DNA from: Calditrichia bacterium
GTDB taxonomy: Bacteria; Calditrichota; Calditrichia; JAJRVZ01
Length of the DNA: 64,000 nucleotides
Reading direction: 5' to 3'
Assembly: GCA_963796965.1 (NCBI GenBank)
Contig: CAWCNS010000006.1
Coordinates: 352,001-416,000 of the forward strand
Below, in pieces: positions 33,123 to 45,853 of this stretch (position 1 is the first letter of the stretch; each line of letters begins with the position of its first letter). The notes beneath the pieces were generated by a model. It saw nothing but the letters and a program-made list of their open reading frames with translations. It made no database searches and was not told where the DNA came from. The position numbers and the translations under genes are program-made.

Positions 33123-35000
33123 ATGAACGATTTTGATATTATAGTTGTTGGGGGTGGCCATGCCGGCATAGAGGCGGCATCGGCATCAGCCCGCATGGGG
33201 TTTAATGTGGCACTTGTGACCATGGATAAATACAAGATAGGGCTCATGTCTTGTAACCCGGCTATTGGGGGATTGGCAAAGGGGCAATTGGTGCGGGAGA
33301 TTGATGCCCTTGGTGGAGAAATGGCCAGAATCATAGACCGGGCCGGTATTCACTTTAAAATGCTAAATAAATCAAAGGGACCCGCTGTATGGTCACCAAG
33401 GGCACAGGCGGACCGGGCACTCTATGCATCTGTTGCGCTTGAGCGTCTCAGCAATATCGATGGATTAAAAATTATTGAAGATAGTGTTAATGGTGTAATT
33501 GTTGGGGGAGAAAATATTAAGGGGGTACGAACCGCCGGGGGCGCGCTTCTGCATGCAAAATCTGTTGTGCTTACGACGGGTACTTTTTTAAATGGCGTCA
33601 TTCATATTGGTCTAAAAAACTTGAGATCCGGAAGAGCGGGCGACAGCTCAGCCGTGGGAATTACCGAGGATTTAGTCGATCTTGGTCTCGAGTCCGGGCG
33701 ATTGAAAACAGGTACGCCCCCCAGGCTCTCAAAGCACTCGATAGATTTTTCTGTCTTTCAGGAACAGGCTCCCGATAACCCACCGGTTCCATTTTCCTTT
33801 AGTACAGAAAAAATTGAGCAGCGCCAGATATCCTGTTTTATTGCCCATACAAACGAGAACACGCATGCTGCCCTAAGAGAGGGATTCGATGAATCTCCTA
33901 TGTTCCTTGGACGGATAAAATCGGTAGGGCCCAGGTATTGTCCTTCTATTGAAGATAAAATAAATCGATTTGCACATAAGGACAAGCATCAATTGTTTCT
34001 TGAGCCTGAGGGATATGACGACCCGGAAATATATCTAAATGGGTTTTCCACAAGCTTGCCCGAGCATGTGCAAAAAAAAGCGATTGCCACAATTCCGGGA
34101 TTGGAAAAAGCTGAAATCTTGAGATTGGGCTATGCGGTTGAATATGATTATTTTCCACCACATCAATTGAAGTTTTCTCTGGAAACTAAAAAAATTAAAG
34201 GGCTCTATTTGGCGGGACAAATAAATGGTACCTCCGGTTATGAAGAGGCTGCGGCTCAGGGTTTGATAGCCGGCATAAATGCTGCTTTGGGGGTCGGTAA
34301 TAAAAGCCCGTTACAGTTGTCCCGTTCAGAAGCATATATTGGTGTCCTGGTTGATGATTTGATTAATAAGAGTACTTTGGAACCTTATCGCATGTTTACT
34401 TCAAGGGCCGAGTTTCGCCTACTGCTTCGTCAGGATAATGCGGATCTTCGCCTTGCGAAATATGGCTTCGAGCTTGGCCTTTTGGGAAAAGATGATCGGA
34501 TGCTTTTGGAAAATAAGGAAAAACAGATCGAAGAGTTGAACGCATTAGTGGTAAAAACGAATGTCGACCCTTTAAAATTTAACCAAGTTTTCGGGCATAT
34601 AAGTACTGATCTAAGGCAGGCAGAAAAAATTAGCCGCCTAATAAAAAGACCGGAAATTGGACTTGCTGAGATTCTAGATATGGCTAAGGTTAGTGGGTAT
34701 GACGATTCTGCGATTCAAGAAGTGGCCTTTAATATTAAATATGAGGGATACGTTAAGCGGAACCAAGCCTTGTTGAAGCGGTTTGAGCAACATGAAAACC
34801 GTAAGATTTCAGTGGACTTTGAGTATGCTTCCATTGAGGCGCTTTCCGCAGAAGCCCGTGAAAAGTTGGGCCGAATCAGGCCCCAAAGTTTTGGTCAGGC
34901 ATCGCGTATATCTGGTGTGTCGCCAGCAGATCTTTCGGTTCTTTTAATCTATCTGGAGAGAGAGAGGCATCAAAGAAAGGTTTCACGTGAAACATCGTAA
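33123..35000 (+). CDS. mnmG: tRNA uridine 5-carboxymethylaminomethyl modification enzyme MnmG (GidA)
   Basis: [35 protein letters not shown] and [16 protein letters not shown] motifs. Confidence 0.98.
   Translation: MNDFDIIVVGGGHAGIEAASASARMGFNVALVTMDKYKIGLMSCNPAIGGLAKGQLVREIDALGGEMARIIDRAGIHFKMLNKSKGPAVWSPRAQADRALYASVALERLSNIDGLKIIEDSVNGVIVGGENIKGVRTAGGALLHAKSVVLTTGTFLNGVIHIGLKNLRSGRAGDSSAVGITEDLVDLGLESGRLKTGTPPRLSKHSIDFSVFQEQAPDNPPVPFSFSTEKIEQRQISCFIAHTNENTHAALREGFDESPMFLGRIKSVGPRYCPSIEDKINRFAHKDKHQLFLEPEGYDDPEIYLNGFSTSLPEHVQKKAIATIPGLEKAEILRLGYAVEYDYFPPHQLKFSLETKKIKGLYLAGQINGTSGYEEAAAQGLIAGINAALGVGNKSPLQLSRSEAYIGVLVDDLINKSTLEPYRMFTSRAEFRLLLRQDNADLRLAKYGFELGLLGKDDRMLLENKEKQIEELNALVVKTNVDPLKFNQVFGHISTDLRQAEKISRLIKRPEIGLAEILDMAKVSGYDDSAIQEVAFNIKYEGYVKRNQALLKRFEQHENRKISVDFEYASIEALSAEAREKLGRIRPQSFGQASRISGVSPADLSVLLIYLERERHQRKVSRETS
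34979..34994. promoter_or_regulatory. parS site (1 mismatch) in the mnmG/rsmG overlap
   Basis: GGTTTCACGTGAAACA; it encodes VSRET in MnmG and contains the GTG start of rsmG. Confidence 0.85.
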
Positions 35001-35643
35001 TGATCTGCAGAATCTGTTTCGCTTTTTGTCTTCACAAGAGATTGCTCTTAATGACCGCCAGAGAAAACAGTTTGCGCTTTATCTTGAATTATTAGAAAAA
35101 TGGTCTCATAGGCAAAACCTTGTCTCGCGGAAAGATGTGGCCCATCTGGTTGAGAGGCATTTCTTGCCGTCCATACTTTTAAACAATTGTCTCCCTGGAG
35201 AAATCGCGGGTTCTTTGATGGATCTTGGAAGTGGGGCGGGTTTTCCCGGAGTGATAATAAAAATACTTCGTCCTCAGGTTCGTGTGACACTTCTGGATTC
35301 ATCAAGAAAGAAAACGCTTTTTTTAGAAGAGGTATGTGAAAGATTGGTTTTAGATGCAGTGGTGGTTTGTGAGCGTTGTGAAAATTATGGAAAAAGTAGA
35401 CAATGGAAGTATGAAATTGTTGTTGCCAGAGCTGTTGCCCGCCTTCGGACATTATTAGAATTGGCTTCACCGGTGCTCGTAAATGGAGGTCGGTTGTTTA
35501 CAATTAAGGGATCTGACTATAAAGAGGAAATAGATGAGGTTGGCGATAAGGGGCTTGGGCTTATGGTTTATAAACCGAATGCCGATTGGTTAAAGTACGC
35601 TAATTATTTAAAAGATAAATATGTGATTGATGTGGAGAAATGA
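34987..35643 (+). CDS. rsmG: 16S rRNA m7G527 methyltransferase (GidB)
   Basis: W...[25 protein letters not shown] and VARAVA motifs; follows mnmG. Confidence 0.93.
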   Translation: MKHRNDLQNLFRFLSSQEIALNDRQRKQFALYLELLEKWSHRQNLVSRKDVAHLVERHFLPSILLNNCLPGEIAGSLMDLGSGAGFPGVIIKILRPQVRVTLLDSSRKKTLFLEEVCERLVLDAVVVCERCENYGKSRQWKYEIVVARAVARLRTLLELASPVLVNGGRLFTIKGSDYKEEIDEVGDKGLGLMVYKPNADWLKYANYLKDKYVIDVEK

Positions 35644-36573
35644 ATGTCAGAAAATGTGGTGTTTAAAGAATTATCTTTGTTGGTTACAGAAAGCCGAAAC
35701 CCGGATAGTTATGATGTCGATATTATGAATACTGAAGATATTGTAAGATTGATAAATAAAGAAGATTATAAAGTGCCCGAGGCTATAGAGAAAGAAATCC
35801 CTTATATCGTTCAGGCGGCTGATATTATTGCGGAAGCATTTAGAAAAGGGGGTCGATTAATCTATGTGGGAGCGGGCACATCTGGCCGTCTTGGGGTGCT
35901 TGATGCTTCTGAATGCCCGCCGACCTTTGGTTCGGATCCAGAGATGGTGCAGGGTATTATTGCCGGGGGATATGAAGCCTTACATAAGGCACAAGAAGGC
36001 AGCGAGGATAAAAAAGAGCAGGGTGCCCTGGATTTAAAAGAGAAAAATATTTGCTCTAAAGATGTTGTCTGTGGAATTGCTGCAAGCCAGCGAACACCTT
36101 ATGTGCTTGGAGCATTAGAGGAGGCAAAAAAATCAGGGGCAAAAACCATTTTTGTCATTTGTAATCCGCGGGAGTTTGTACAGATAGAAGTAGATGTGGC
36201 AATATGCCCTGTTCCCGGACCGGAAGTTGTGATGGGGTCTACCCGAATGAAGGCCGGTAGTGCGCAGAAAATGGTATTGAATCTTTTAACGACAACGGCG
36301 ATGATAAAACAGGGAAAAGTCTTTGAAAATATGATGATCGATCTTCAACAGAATTCGGTGAAATTAGTAGAAAGATCAAAAAAAATAATAATGACGGCTA
36401 CGGGCAAAAATTATAAGGATGCAACCAAATATCTAAGCGCCTCAAAAGGACATGTGAAATCGGCGATTCTAATGGCCTTGACCGATTTAGATCATGACAC
36501 AGCCATAGTACTTTTAAATAATCATGATGGATTTATAAAAAGAGCATTACTCGAATTTCGGGAAAAGCAATAA
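35644..36573 (+). CDS. murQ: N-acetylmuramic acid 6-phosphate etherase
   Basis: TESRNP, GAGTSGRLGVLDASECPPTF and GPEVVMGSTRMKAGSAQKMVLN motifs. Confidence 0.96.
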   Translation: MSENVVFKELSLLVTESRNPDSYDVDIMNTEDIVRLINKEDYKVPEAIEKEIPYIVQAADIIAEAFRKGGRLIYVGAGTSGRLGVLDASECPPTFGSDPEMVQGIIAGGYEALHKAQEGSEDKKEQGALDLKEKNICSKDVVCGIAASQRTPYVLGALEEAKKSGAKTIFVICNPREFVQIEVDVAICPVPGPEVVMGSTRMKAGSAQKMVLNLLTTTAMIKQGKVFENMMIDLQQNSVKLVERSKKIIMTATGKNYKDATKYLSASKGHVKSAILMALTDLDHDTAIVLLNNHDGFIKRALLEFREKQ

Positions 36574-37008
36574 GATAAAAGTGGGCAAATTCAATGGTCC
36601 TGGTCTTCTAATATAAGACACCTATTGTGTGCTTCTGAAATAAACCCCTTGCAGGATAAATGTTTATAGAGATGTCTCCAACCTACCGGTGAATATCATT
36701 CCCTTTATCAAGGTTGGAAGGAATGGATGACTTATGGGGCATATTATAATATAAGTTTAAAATAAACAATACCTTGCGGCGCTTTTTCAGTTATAAAAGA
36801 AGTTTTTTAAAATTCATTTACATTGTTCATAGTCATGGTGATTCTATAGATTTGAATTAAGATTTTTAGGGTAGAGAGCAGGAATTTTGTTAAATTATAT
36901 AAATTTGTCTGTGAGGCAGACAAATTCCACCCTGCTTTTGTATAAGATGTTGTTTGAAAAAACACTTACAATAAGGTGAAACCCTTTAAAAAGATATTGT
37001 ATTAATCA

Positions 37009-37761
37009 ATGAAAGACATCAAAGAGAAAATAATACCTGGATGCGAACCTCTGTTTTTAGAAGGAGGCTCAACAGCATGTCTGTTATTGCATGGTTTTAC
37101 TAATTCGCCTTTTGAACTGAAATTGTTGGGTGAATATTTAAACCAACGTGGATTAACAGTATCTATTCCTCTCCTTCCTGGCCATGGTACCTCACCCCGG
37201 GATCTGAAAAAAAGAAGGTGGACAGAATGGTATGATAAATCGAAAGAAGAATTGTTTGAATTACGAAAGAAATATAAAAAAATATATGTCATGGGCTTTT
37301 CTATGGGGGGATCATTAGCCCTCCATCTTGCTGCACATTACGAAGTTAGTGGAATTGTAGCCATGGCGCCAGTTTTGTATCTTAAAAACAAATTCTCATT
37401 TCTAAGCCATTTTATTCATTTCTTCTTCCCATACACCAGAAAGTTTACCGGTCCAGATTTGAAAGCAGATGTTCAAACCGTCTCATATGATAAGATTCCA
37501 ATTAAATCTTTATCAGAACTGCTGAAGTTTTCCAAACATTTACAAAATGATCTTTGTGACATTTATTCTCCCTTGATGATTGTCTACACCAAGCGTGACC
37601 ATGTGGTAAACAATAAGAGTGCCATTGATATATATAATAAGGTGTCTTCGAAAAATAAGAGAATTCTTGAATTGGAAAAATCTTATCATATTATGACTCT
37701 AGATGTGGAAAAAGAAAAAGTATTCAGGGAAACATCTAATTTTTTGGATTCTATAGAATAA
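37009..37761 (+). CDS. Carboxylesterase/monoacylglycerol lipase (alpha/beta hydrolase)
   Basis: LLHGFT, LPGHGT, GFSMGG, DHVV and SYH motifs. Confidence 0.88.
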   Translation: MKDIKEKIIPGCEPLFLEGGSTACLLLHGFTNSPFELKLLGEYLNQRGLTVSIPLLPGHGTSPRDLKKRRWTEWYDKSKEELFELRKKYKKIYVMGFSMGGSLALHLAAHYEVSGIVAMAPVLYLKNKFSFLSHFIHFFFPYTRKFTGPDLKADVQTVSYDKIPIKSLSELLKFSKHLQNDLCDIYSPLMIVYTKRDHVVNNKSAIDIYNKVSSKNKRILELEKSYHIMTLDVEKEKVFRETSNFLDSIE

Positions 37762-37780
37762 TACTTACATAAAGTATACC

Positions 37781-39398
37781 ATGACCCATACCTACCTGAT
37801 CGGATTGTTTGTTTTCAGTTTTCTTGTCGCTTGTACTTCTCAAAGTCAATTGGAATCGGATGAATCTATCTATTGGCAATCCAGCCAAGAAAATGCAGAA
37901 ATTGCAAATGAGGCTTTTAAGAGATGTCTCCTATTTGTAAACGGCTGGTTGCAGCATGCAGACCCTGAGACAGGATTAATTCCTCGAAATCTTACCAAGA
38001 ACCGTGATATCTGGAATGCCCGTGATTCTGCCGCCGACAATTATCCCTTTATGGTATTGACAACAGCCATGACTGATCGTATTAAGTTTAAAGGCATAAT
38101 GTTGGATATATTAAAAACCGAAACCATTTTAACCTCCCGGGTTGACCGGCTTCCTGATACATATTCTTTTAAAAAGAAAAATTTCCAAGATGAATCTATA
38201 AAAATGGATCAATTGATTTTTGGTGGTTCAGAATATGTAAAAGATGGGTTACTGCCCCTAACAGAATGGCTTGGGCCATCGCCGTGGTTTGAACGGATGA
38301 GAGGAATTGTAGACGATATATGGAAACATGCCTCCTACCAGACCAATTCTGGCTTACTTCCTTCAAAAAGCAATGAAGTTAATGGTGAGATGTTGCAGGT
38401 TTTATCACGAATGTATTGGTGGACCGGGGATAAGAAGTATATGGATTGGGCTAACCGGTTAGCAAACTATTACCTGATAGAAAGACCTCTTGTAAACCAA
38501 GATAAAAAGATTCGTTTACGGGATCATGGTTGTGAGATTGTTGCCGGTTTATCGGAAATATATTTACTAAACCACTACAAGGCACCAGATGCCGCAAAAA
38601 CATACTATCAACCCATACACCAACTATATGACCGCATACTGGAGATGGGAAGAAATGAACATGGCATGCTCTACAATTGGTTTAATCCGATTAATGGTGA
38701 ACATGATGATAATATATGCGATACCTGGGGATACAATTATAATGGTTTTTATACGCTTTATCTATTGGATGGTAAAGAAGAATACCGCCAGGCTATATTG
38801 AAAGTGATGTCCAACCTGAACACATATTATAAGAGGCTATCAATGGGAAGGTAATAGTGCCGATGGATATGCTGATGCAATTGAAGGGGCAATAAACTTG
38901 TATAACCGGGAACCAAATCCATCAGCTTCAGACTGGATTGATAGCCAGATGAAAATAATGTGGTCTATTCAAAAACCAGATGGAATTATCGAGGGATGGC
39001 ATGGCGATGGCAATTTTGCCAGAACATCACTCATGTATGCATTATGGAAAACCCAGGGATTATGGTTGGATCCCTGGCGAGAGGATATACAAATTGGGGC
39101 CGTCGAGGTTGATAATATACTTTATTTCTCTATTAATAGTACCAGGCCATGGAAAGGCAAGATAAAGTTTGATCCGGCCCGGCATCTCGAATATTTAAAC
39201 GCACCTATTGACTATCCCCGTATTAATCAGTTTGCTGAATGGTTTACAGTAAAAAGTGAACAAGATTATGTTATTTCTGAAAATGCAAAATCTAAGTCAA
39301 TTGTTATAATTGGAAAAGACCTGATTGATGGTTTGACCGTCAATTTGGACAAAAACGAGACAAAGAAATTTGTGGTAAAATTGAATCAACAAAATTAA
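37781..39398 (+). CDS. Uncharacterised lipoprotein, predicted helical-barrel glycosidase-like; 1-bp insertion at about 38835
   Basis: Lipobox LVAC. The two ORFs join through YQWEGNSADGYADAIEGAINLYNREP. Trp/Asp/Glu-rich helical pattern; the fold is an inference. Confidence 0.7.
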
Positions 39399-39531
39399 AA
39401 ATGTAAAAAAAAATCTGGACGATTTTATAAACTTTGTGAAAAAAATATTTTATAGATCACTGCAGATACAGTCTTTACACCTTTGCGGCTCTGCGTGAAA
39501 AAGTATTAATATTCTATAAAGGAGAAAACTC

Positions 39532-41998
39532 ATGTTCAACCCAAACATCAAGTTAATAACCTTATTCTTAAATTTTTGTTTATGGTTTGTGCTGGTATTC
39601 AATTCTCTACATGCACAGGATAATAAAAGTTGGCAGATCATATTAACAAAAGAAGTGGCAAACGATGAAGCAATAAAAGTAGCCGTTAATGATATTAAAG
39701 TAACAGGAGAGTCCTATGGAATCAATGTAAAGGTCATCAATTCTGTAGCAGACTTAAAGGGTAATAGTATTATCGTAGGATCTCCGGATAAAAACGCGTT
39801 AACGAAAAAAATTGTACAAAATAATTCACTTAAACTTAAAGTATTAGATGATCCTCAGGGATATGAAATACGAACAGTAAAGTCGAAAAATTACAACACA
39901 ATCATCGTTTCGGGGGGCTCAGTTGTTGGTAATGTAAATGGCCTTTTCTGGATATTAGATCGTTTGAAAGTTTTTAAGAAGATTCCGGAAATTAATGATC
40001 TACGTATTCCAGCAATGAAAATTCGGTTTACAGGCAGGGGGGGCGATGAAGAGGGTCTTCGTAATGCCTTGCGTGGTGGGTCAACCTGGGTAAGTGGAAA
40101 CTTTTCTGTAAACAATCTTGTCCCCTGGAATTCAGAACCAGAGAGATCGAATAATGCAAAAAACCGAGAAAAAGTCCGCAAACTGATTGCCTATGCCCAT
40201 AGTCTGCATTTAAAATATATCATTTATGAAGATGAGTTCTCCTATCATCCAACGTTGTTGAAAGAATTTGGTGCTACACTGAATCCTGAAGATCCGGCAT
40301 TTTGGGATGCTGTTCAGGCAAAATATCGCCGGCTTTTGAAGGCATTGCCGGAAATAGACGGTGTCCGGATTCGTACCGGGGAGCTAACCCGTGTAGGGGG
40401 TACCTATAAACCATTTGATGTAATGCATGATGGCGAAGGATGTGATTGGAGTCTTGCCAAGAGATACAGAACCTATGTTAAAAAAATGTATAATGTTGTT
40501 GTGGGCGAATTTGACAAAATTTATTTCCATAGAACTTGGGTTACCAGTGCCCATGAACAACATTCCATGGCTAAGGTATATAAAGATATCTTCACAGATG
40601 ATATACCGGTAAGAAATCTTTATATGTCACCATATCTCAGTACAACAGATCGCTATTTTCATCAACCCTATAATCCTACTTTTAATCAGACCCCTCATAA
40701 TATGATTTTATTGTTAGCTACTTTGGATTACCATAGCCATTCTGGGGTAAAAACTTTTCCAACATTTCCAGGACAGTATTATCAGGGAGGGATAGAAACG
40801 ATCTTATCGGCAGATCCATCAAATATGAAGGGATTTGATTTCGGAGATTATGGTATTCCCTCCAGTGAAAATTGGAATACGGGGGGTGTAACCACCTATA
40901 CCATAACCAGATTAGCCTGGAATCCCTATGAAGATATGACACAAATCGTCAAAGATTTTGCGTCGATCTGTTTTGGACCAAAAGCTGCGGAGGCAATGGC
41001 TGAAATTTATTTACTTTCTCCCAATGCTTATAAATATGGCATTTATATCGAGCCGGTTTCGCATGGTGACTTTAGGTCTCTTCCACATCTTAGACTAACA
41101 ACCTTTCCGGCAAAAGGCCTGCCGCGACTTGATGGTGGTAGAAAACATGTTGATTTTCTGCGTACGATTTATTTACGCTGCCGGCCGTGGAAAGAAGAAA
41201 CACTTCTGTATCTCGACCATGGATTAGATATTGCCCAAACAATGGTCGATAAATACAAGGTAGCAAAAAAATTGATAGAGGACCCTAAACTGGCCCAAGA
41301 GGTCGAAAATGCTGTCAACCTCACCTACTGGCTGATTAAAACAAATAATCTATATGTTCGGACTATTTTTGATTATTTTGGGTATAGGGAAAAGCCAACG
41401 GACCAGAACAAGCAAAAACTGACTGGAAGAGTAAAGGACCTAAGTTCAGCAATGGAAACATTTTCCCAAAAACCAGGATGTATTTATAGATTGGATGGCA
41501 TGGAGCAACTGGTTGTAAATGTCAATCAGGTCTTGAGTAATTTGGAAAAAGCTGAACAGGCTTTAGCCACTGCGCCTGATGATGCCGGTATAGAGAAGAC
41601 TAATTTCGGACCAACAGTATAAATATGTAAAAATATTAGAAGATAATAAAAAAGAGGCGGTTAAAATTTGTTACTGGCAGGCGCGGGTAGATGGCCGTGA
41701 TCTTATGAAAGTGAAGGATGATCAATTAGAGATAGAACATCTTCGTTATGATCATATTGCAGAGATGACCTATACCTTTGAAAATTCTTTACCTGAAGAA
41801 GAAGTAACTGTCGTTCCAATGGATCTTCAATCTAGATCTTATGGCCCCTTTGTACTTGAGCAACCAACAAAAAAGAATAACTATACAGTAACGCTGTATT
41901 TGTCTGACTTTCCTCGTCATGGATATAGTTGGTGGAAAATGGAACTATACTATATTCCTAAATCGCCAAAAGAGTTAGGTATAGAAACACCGTGGTAA
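39532..41998 (+). CDS. Uncharacterised secreted protein with a GH20/GH67/GH115-like N-terminal domain; 1-bp insertion at about 41599
   Basis: Signal peptide; GYEIR...IIVSGGSVVGNVNGLFWILD motif. The frames join through KLISDQQYKY...VDGRDLMKV. Confidence 0.65.
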
Positions 41999-42113
41999 AA
42001 TTAAGAGAGGGTATATATTGTTTCATTTCTAAAGCATGGCAGACTATGTTTTGAGGTGGTGTCAAAAGTTCTATGTAATAATTAATTTGTAGTAAAGTCA
42101 CTAATATTTTATA

Positions 42114-42204
42114 AACGCAGAGTTCGCAAAGAGCGCAAAGAAAATTATATACTACTATTTAAAAAATTGAAAAAACCTCTGCGGAACAAAGCGTTCTCGG
42201 CGTT
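42114..42204. repeat. Degenerate inverted array of 9-bp units (NNCGCAGAG ... CTCTGCGNN)
   Basis: AACGCAGAG-TTCGCAAAG-AGCGCAAAG, an AT-rich spacer, then CTCTGCGGA...CTCGGCGTT. A related half element lies at about 39473-39500. Confidence 0.55.
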
Positions 42205-42274
42205 AAAGAAAACCTATATTATTAAGCAACCTTATTATCTTTGACAATACCGAAAATAAGGTTAGGAGAATATC

Positions 42275-45200
42275 ATGAAAAAGATCTGCATGATCATCAT
42301 CTTATTAATTGGATTATCAAATGCAGGGGAATGGGAAACATTTACTTTACGGGATAATGGTTCAATTCCGGTTTGGACTGTCGCGGGCTCATTCCCAAAT
42401 GGAATGCCAGGATTTCATGATCATGGTTGTTTTGGATATTTTAAGGATTATCTAATATCCTTAGGTGGTGAAGCAAAAGCGATCCCAGTAGAGAATACCA
42501 TCACTAAATTAGAAAATGGAACAGAGATAGAATGGAAAACGGCATTTAGTAAACCATCCGGATTGCTTGATTTTATAGATATCCTAAAAGTCGAAACAAA
42601 AGCTCCCGGGGTTGCCTACGCTTTTTGCAAATTAATCGCTGCAAAAGATCAAACCGTTATAATTAATATCCGAAGCAATGATGGGGTGAAGGCCTGGCTA
42701 AATGGAGAATCAATTCATGATCATCATGTTGGAAGAACAATTGATGCAGAAGAAGATCGGGTAAAAGTTGAAATTAAAAAAGGAGAGAATCCTATTCTTT
42801 TTAAAATTGATCAGGGTGGTGGGAAATGGGGATTGTCAGTTTCCCTTGTTAATGAAGATGGTAAAGCGGTAAAGGACATAAAATGCTCAATTAACAATTC
42901 TACACGGATATCAAATAAAATTTATAAGGCAGATGTCAGCACAACACAACTTATAAAAAAGACCATTCAGGGAGAAAAGCAAATAATTAATGTAAATGTT
43001 TTTTCAGGGGGCATGCAAAATGTAAAAATTAGTATACATAAAAATGAATGGGAAGAACCGCAGACAAAAGTCATTGATTTGTTACCGATTGGAAATCAGA
43101 TTATTCCACTTGAAGTTCCTGTAATTAAGACAACGGAATCAGCGGAAATACAGATTGCATCTTCATCAGATAAATTAGTATTGAGTGATGTTGTATTGCC
43201 AAAAGTTAATAAATGGAGGTTGTATTTTGTGCAACATGTTCATACGGATATAGGATATACCAGACCGCAGACAGAAATTTTACCGGAACATTTGAGATTT
43301 ATTGATTATGCTCTGGATTTTTGCGATTTGACGGATGATTATCCGGATGATGCAAAATTCCGCTGGACTTGTGAGGTTACCTGGCCGGTAAGAGAATATC
43401 TAAAAAGACGTCCATCAGAACAAATCGAAAGATTACTTCAACGTGTCAGAGAAGGGCGTATTGAAATCGCCGGCATGTTTCTTAATATGTCTGAACTTGC
43501 AACGGAGACCTCTCTTGCCGCCTCATTGCAGCCTATCCGTGAAATAAAAAAATATGGTATCCCAGTAAAAACGGTACTGCAGAATGATGTAAACGGCATT
43601 GGATGGTGTCTGGTCGACTATTTCCATGATATTGGTATAAAATATGTAAATATGGGTATCAATAAGACACGGTCTGTTCTGCCCTTTGACAAACCGACTT
43701 CCTTTTGGTGGGAATCCCCATCAGGCAAACGCGTGTTGGCCTACCGTGCCGATCACTACCACGTCGGCAATTATTGGAAAATACATGATGGAAATACTAC
43801 CGCCTTTGAGCAGGGTATTTTGGAATATCTGAGTTCATTAGAGGAAATAGAATATCCATATAATCAAATATCTGTGCAATATTCGGGCTACAATACAGAT
43901 AATTCACCGCCTTCAACTTCGGCTTGTGATCTGGTAAAAAACTGGAATGAGAAATATTCGTGGCCAAAGTTGCGAATTGCCACGGCGCATGAATTTTTTG
44001 AGGAAATTGAAAAACGTTATTCCGATCAGCTACCCGTTTATCGGGTCGCCTGGCCAGATTGGTGGACAGATGGATTTGGATCAGCGGCAAGAGAAACTGC
44101 AGAAGCACGCAAAACACAAAACAACCTCCAGGTTAGTCAAGGATTACTTTCAATGGCCTCATTGCTTGGTGCTGATATAGGACCGGAGACGAATCAACGT
44201 GCAAGTACCATACAAGATGCCTTGTTATTTTACCAGGAGCATACTTTCGGTTCCTCGGAAAGTATTACGGATCCTGAATCAGAAAACAGTATGATTCAGT
44301 GGGGAGAAAAATCGTCCTATGTGTGGGAAGCTGTAAAGTATGAAGGTCTTTTACGTGAAGAAGCGATGGGATTACTTCAACCCTTTGTTAAAAGAGGAAA
44401 AACCCCAACAATTGTTGTTGTTAATACATTAAACTGGTTACGATCAGGTCTGGTTAATTTATTTATTGATCATGAAATTTTACCCCTTAAGAGTGGATAT
44501 CACATTATCGATACTATCACGGGTGATGAGGTACCGATGCAGCCTGAAAAAACACGAAGTGAGGGAACTTACTGGTCTATATGGATTGATGACGTTCCAT
44601 CCATGGGGTTTCGTACCCTATCGATCGTCCCGGAAAAGAAAGAGCAAATAAGTCAACACTGGTTGATTCACCTAAGAAACATGAAATGGAAAATAGCTGG
44701 TACAAATTAATTGCTGATCCTGTTACAGGTGGATTGAAAAGTCTTTATGACAAACAATTGAAAACAGAACTTTGTGACCAGGATACGTCACTAAAGATAG
44801 GGCAATATATTTATGAGAGAATTCCCGGGAGCCGGGATTTTTTCCCTGGAAATTTTGTACGCACAGGTCTGCGAGAAGTAAAGATTGAACCCGTCACAGA
44901 GGGCCCCATATGGTCCTCATTAAAAATTTTCGCTAAAGCCGATGGATTCGATGAGAAAAAGGGAATGCATATTGAATACAGGCTCTATAAAACAAAAAAA
45001 ATGCTTGAAATTAGATTTAAGGGTTATAAAAGCCGGGAAGAAAGAGCGGAAGCATGTTATATTGTATTTCCCTTTAATTTAAAAGATGCTCAGATCGCTT
45101 ATGAAGGACAGGGTGGTATGATAATTCCTGGTAAAACACAATTGCCGGGATCATCATCCGACTGGCATACGGTTCAGAATTATGCAGCCATTCAAAATGA

Positions 45201-45756
45201 CAAAGGGCAGGTAATCCTTTGTAGCCCCCAGATTCCCCTGGTTCAATTCGGAGATATAAATCTTTCAAAATGGCAGTATGAGGCAGAGATAAAAAAGCCT
45301 CATATTTATTCATGGGTTATGAACAATTACTGGTTTACAAATTTCAGGGCATATCAGGAAGGCGGATTTCACTGGCAATATTACTTAACATCAACGAACG
45401 AGTCTGGTAGTGATGTAGCAACACGTACAGGATGGAATTCTTCTCTGCCCATGCAAGCGCGAGTCTTAACAGCCAGCAATATAAGTTCTGGCATGCAGAC
45501 CACCTCAGCACTTCAAATTAAAAACATGAACCTTCTTTTGGTGTCAGCACAACCGGTAGATAGAGGAATCCTACTTAATGTCCGTGAAACATCAGGACGA
45601 GAGACTTCCCTTAAGCCAGAAGATTTAGGAAATAATCGGATAACTTCTATGGATGAAGTTTCCGTGTTAGGAGATAAATTAAAAGAAAACATCTCTTTAC
45701 TCAGGTTTAAACCCTTTGAATCAAAATTTATAAAGTTAAATCTGAATCTGAATTGA
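42275..45756 (+). CDS. GH38-like glycoside hydrolase with N-terminal beta-sandwich (PA14-like) domains; 1-bp deletion near 44652
   Basis: Signal peptide; SNDGVKAWLNG, HVHTDIGYT, QNDVNG, DWWTDG and EHTFG motifs; C-terminal part has YSWVMNNYWFTNF and VRETSG. Confidence 0.8.
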
Positions 45757-45853
45757 TATGCTAAAAATCAACCACAGTTTGAAATGTGGTAGGGATGTTA
45801 TTCAATACTATCGAATTTCCCCTATGTGCATGATAAAATAATGAGGTTGCTAT

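Noticed and set aside
36574..36870. Possible gene remnant after murQ
   Set aside because: The frames I inspected are short and stop-rich with no recognisable motif.
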